Shown piece after piece: positions 60,007 through 64,000 of a stretch of DNA of 64,000 bases. Positions within the stretch are counted from its first letter, which is position 1; the number at the start of each line of letters is the position of its first letter. The notes under the pieces were generated by a model. The model was not told the DNA's origin and searched no databases. It saw nothing but the letters and a program-made list of their open reading frames with translations. The stretch is taken from assembly GCA_001600815.1 (NCBI GenBank), contig BCKZ01000001.1, forward strand, positions 1,645,389 through 1,709,388. Reading direction: 5' to 3'. The stretch comes from Alloascoidea hylecoeti. Lineage: Eukaryota. The translations under genes were made by a program, and so were the position numbers.

Positions 60007-61245
60007 CCGGTGAAACCCCTAACACATTAAACAGACCCCTTTAAAAAAATCATTTTAAATATACCATAGAATGGCTTCTTGAATTCCGCTAAGCGAGATT
60101 TCACGTAATTATAATTCTAGAAATTTCCACCAACTAAGCGGATTGGAGTTTGTAGTATAAATAAACATGGCGTTTCAACTACTGGAATAGACAGAAGGCT
60201 TAATATTGCACCTCCAACTGTGAAGCTCACTGTAAAGAAATAAGCTGACAACTCTTCTGGTGTAACACCTTCTCGAGCAAGAAATTCTACGGAAGTAAAT
60301 CAAATTCTGAAAGTTGCGAAAGTTTTCCCCTTGAATACATTTGAGGAGCTGGCTTCATAGTTCAACATTAAAATATCAACCACCATCTAAGAACCCTTAT
60401 ATGATGAAACATGAATAACGAATTTTTTGGCATTTTAGATGTCTTCATTGAATTAGAAGAACCAAATAAACAGAAATATATGGTCGAAAGAGAGATCGAA
60501 GTGGTATCAGGATGTTTATGATGGTGTATTTAGTGACGAATGTTTGGTCGTTACATGATGAATCTGAAAACGTATAAGGCCTTATGCTCAACAACAGTCA
60601 CGCCAGACCTTTGCGCTTCAAAATATTTATAATATAAGGAAGTCTAGATCTGTAAGACTTATGGTATGGTATGGACTGAAATCCGGAAAAGAGGCCGTGC
60701 TTCACTGTATAGAGTGGTTGGGAATCCTAAAAGCAGATAGAAAGGTGACACCGCACGTTCCTACATAAAAATGCTAGAAGAGGCCTTCTATGAGATCCCT
60801 GGGGGTCTCACATTCAAGTAGAATATAATATATATCCTTAAGGCAGTAATCTTAATTAATTGGTTTAATGAATTCATCACAAGGGAGGAATTTCAATTAT
60901 GAGCCTTCCATATGTCGTAAAGGTGAATAGAGACCCATGCCTATGTCTTTTTCAAAATACTGGTACCTCATGAATCAGGATATCATTGATAATCTGATTG
61001 ACTCCATGCTCGTAGGGTATCAGCTATCTATGGCGCTAAGGGCGCCAACACTAAATACAAGATTTAAAACGGTATTTTATATACAGCACTATAAGCTCTA
61101 TGATTTAATGACCATTATTAACTATTTTAATAACAGTTTAAGGCCTTGTGGAGTACTTAGTGGTTGATTATAGTAATACTGCCATATTTTTGGACCGGTA
61201 CCCCAAAAAGGGTGTTTTAGCTTAATGTTTAAACGGCTATACCTG
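60007..61245 (+). mobile_element. Decayed near-full-length Tc1/mariner DNA transposon
   Basis: MAS*IPLSEISRN, HTH-like GVSTTGIDRRLNIAPPTV, VFSDEC (60526), MVWYG (60661), GNPKSR*KGDTARSYIKMLEE, IDNLIDSM, AKGANTKY. Candidate degenerate TIRs 60007-60032 and 61220-61245 (17/26 by eye), left one preceded by TA. Confidence 0.8.
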
Positions 61246-61309
61246 TTATACGTGGTAACTTATAACACTAGTCGTTTGATCTCTACATCAGGTATGGATA
61301 GAGAAACGA

Positions 61310-61870
61310 GTAGGTCAACGAGCACGTTATCATTCTTTTTGAATTCGACCTCTACGTCAAAATTTTTCTTAGGTGTATACCCAAATTCTTGGTTGGCACT
61401 TCGGATAAACTCTCAATGTAATAGAATTCTAGTTCTATGTGTAAATATGTTAGATTTCGAGAACTGTAGCTAATATCTGTTTGAGATAGTGATAATCCTA
61501 CAAGCGACCTATGCGGTTGAGAGTTTATGTTAAATTGCCCAAATGGTAATGAATGTTACCAGTTTTGTTTATAAAGAGAAAGGATTTGAGGTGGTCTTCT
61601 ACCAAAGCGTTATGTCACACGACTACACTACTTGACAATTTGATAGTTGGTGAAAAGGCGCTACTAATTTTAATTCAATATTCCAGCCTTGACAGAAGCA
61701 TTTGAAAGATGTACAATCCATTTATATTTCTGTATCTGATTAGAGTTGTTCGGCGACTGTTCTTGTTAATATCTCAATCAATCATTAAGACCTGACTTTG
61801 GAGGATCTGGCAATAAAATAGGAACGTCTGGCCAGTTTGTATATGTTAAGGTATAATCAGAAGGTTGACC
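61310..61870 (-). mobile_element. Decayed Ty3/gypsy integrase
   Basis: IYKLARRSYFIARSSK...LIEIL, SDT...FKCFCQGWNIELKLVAPFHQLSNCQV, and VEFKKNDNVLV mirror Ty3-type integrase blocks (DRFSKRAHFIA, SD...F, PYH..SNGQ, F..GD.VLV). Confidence 0.72.
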
Positions 61871-64000
61871 AAATGAGTCGGGTTCTATCGCTAAGCTGAA
61901 CTTAAGACCGAGTTGTATTGTATATATATATACATACATCCAGGATTCAGTTCACCTAATACATACACTTAAACAAGAGTATTATTATCCTAAATTCTTA
62001 TGGTACGATCTTCTATATTAAACGATTAAAATCCATTTTTAATATCAAATGTTCTACCAGAATAACCAATGACTTTATAGTTCGTAAATTAAATATTTTT
62101 AATTTAATTCTAAAAGGTAAATGGTCTTTACCGGTATATGATTCATACTAAGAGTCAATTTCTGAAAAAAAAATCACTATAGTACTTACTACTTTCAAGA
62201 TTTTGAAACATTGATACACATACCTGATCACTATCAATTATCTGTTTCCATGATTTAGAAACTCCTCTACGTGTACAAATGAGAAAAAGTGGTCGATGGA
62301 AAATCCGAGACGACTATTTCACATATTTCATAGGGAAGATAAGAATCAAAACGATTGTAGTCTCAAGATTATTCTCTAAACAATTGTTAAAATGGTTGTC
62401 ATATATGTACTTGTGGTGGTCAATAATGTTTCCGCTTTTTCCAATCGACAGTTTGAGGAGCGTTATTTAAAGCATATAAGTAAAAACCCCAAAATGAAAG
62501 GGTTTACGACCTTTACTCATTATCTCTGCGAAATCTAGTGAACTTAATAAATGAATCCAGATAGATGAAAAAGTAGACAATTAAGTTTCTAATATATTAT
62601 ATGGGTGCGTGTCACAGAAAAAAAAATAAACTTTTAGGAAAATCCATAACATATGAACACTCGTGCAAAATGTTACCACAGCAGCAAAATCACTTCCTTT
62701 CTCACATATAACAAGATGATTATCTAGATGCGTGCATGCAGAACCGTGTGTTATGCATATTTCCATGTGACGTGTATGTTACTTAATTTATTTTTATAAC
62801 TATGGTACTGTTGAACTTTTACCTAGTGGATCGTAAACTCCACTAAAACATAGTAAGAGACTATCTCTATCTCTAGTAGTGGCCCCTGAGACAGTCTCTT
62901 TCCTTTTATTATGATACTACAGCATAAATTATCAAAGTGGTTCATCATAACCTGAGTATAATTATCATCCTGTATATATCTGATAAACTGGTATCAAATT
63001 TTATTTTCTGTGATTGAATATGGTGTACGTGTGACGAGATTATACAGAGAGCTCTGGGTTGCTGGTTCGCCCAAAGAGGAAGATGATAGAAGCGTTCTGG
63101 AACGTTTCGAAATGAAAGGATTTTAGAAACGTCACCATACAACAGTATGTTTGTGGTGTATGCTGTTCAGATTAATATATATTACTCGGGGATAGCCAGA
63201 CGTTAATAAGTTATAGGGTTCTCCAACTACTTTTAACAGGCACCGACATTCGATATCGATTGTAAATAAGAATCGTAAAATTCTCTAAAGCCAGCGCTTC
63301 TATACGATCAGATACAAATTATCAGATACAAATCCGAAATTTACCGGAATTAGCAACATCAACAGCCTCAAATATTAATTTCTTAGGCTATTTGTATTCA
63401 TGTTGTTGTAGATGAAGATGCCGGTAACATCTCCGAAAGAGAAATAACCTATGATAGATGTCCTCAAAGACTTTTTGAGAAAAGAACCCGTAGAAGTATG
63501 AAGAAAAATATAAAAAAGATACTATTGAAATAGTAGTAGCTAGGGATCGAAAAGGCAATCAGTAATTACAACATCTGCTGCTGTATCTAAACTATATACT
63601 GGTCTTAACTATGTTTGTGAAAAGGTGAATTTAAGAATAATATTAATATTAAAAATTTAACAGTGATTAAATTGGGATATAATCCGGTAATCATCATATT
63701 GATACAAAAATCAAACATGTCCTAGTAATTTTTTTCTCATTCAAACATTTCAAATCTATAAATAAAGTAGGTACTAAAAATCGTCAGATATCCATCTGTT
63801 TTTGTTATAGTTCGTCTAAATTCACATATTTTTTGTTATGGTTTGTTTAGAATCACGTAATGTGTTATACGTCAACATGCATAATTATAGATCTCTACTT
63901 CTGCTGTGTTATTTAGAAGTTTTGCTAAGATAGACAAACACAGTGATAATATATCACAAAATGAGTACCATGATGGAGAAATCCGATTAATAATTATAAT

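Noticed and set aside
62860..63500. Moderately GC-richer stretch that might be another mobile-element relic
   Set aside because: No recognisable protein motifs in the frames examined.

Overview
AT-rich, intron-rich budding-yeast (Saccharomycotina-like) nuclear DNA. CTG occurs at conserved Leu positions, so the standard code probably applies. About 20 protein genes, 11 rebuilt here across 17 short spliceosomal introns that the ORF track splits: PMS1 (3' part), FEX1, HRQ1, a histidine acid phosphatase, SSK1, an unknown ORF, an MGP12-like glutaredoxin, two tandem DPP1-like phosphatases, CHM7, CHK1, an Ecdysoneless/SGT1-family gene, a MARVEL protein, SEC1, FRA1-like aminopeptidase P, IRA1/2, an F-box protein, RLM1, HMG-CoA reductase and an RBT5/PGA7-type CFEM protein. 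Features absent from the ORF track: tRNA-Cys(GCA), a divergent U2 snRNA-like gene in the SEC1/FRA1 divergent promoter, and decayed transposon fossils (an L1-type endonuclease, two Tc1/mariner transposases, a Ty3/gypsy integrase). The most striking item is the U2-like RNA. Its normally invariant branch-site recognition motif GUAGUA reads GUAGUG and stem IIa is remodelled, while a TATA box, Sm site and 3' stem-loops remain. The introns here have very degenerate branch points, and one has a GC donor. All assignments come from reading motifs by eye; no database searches were run.
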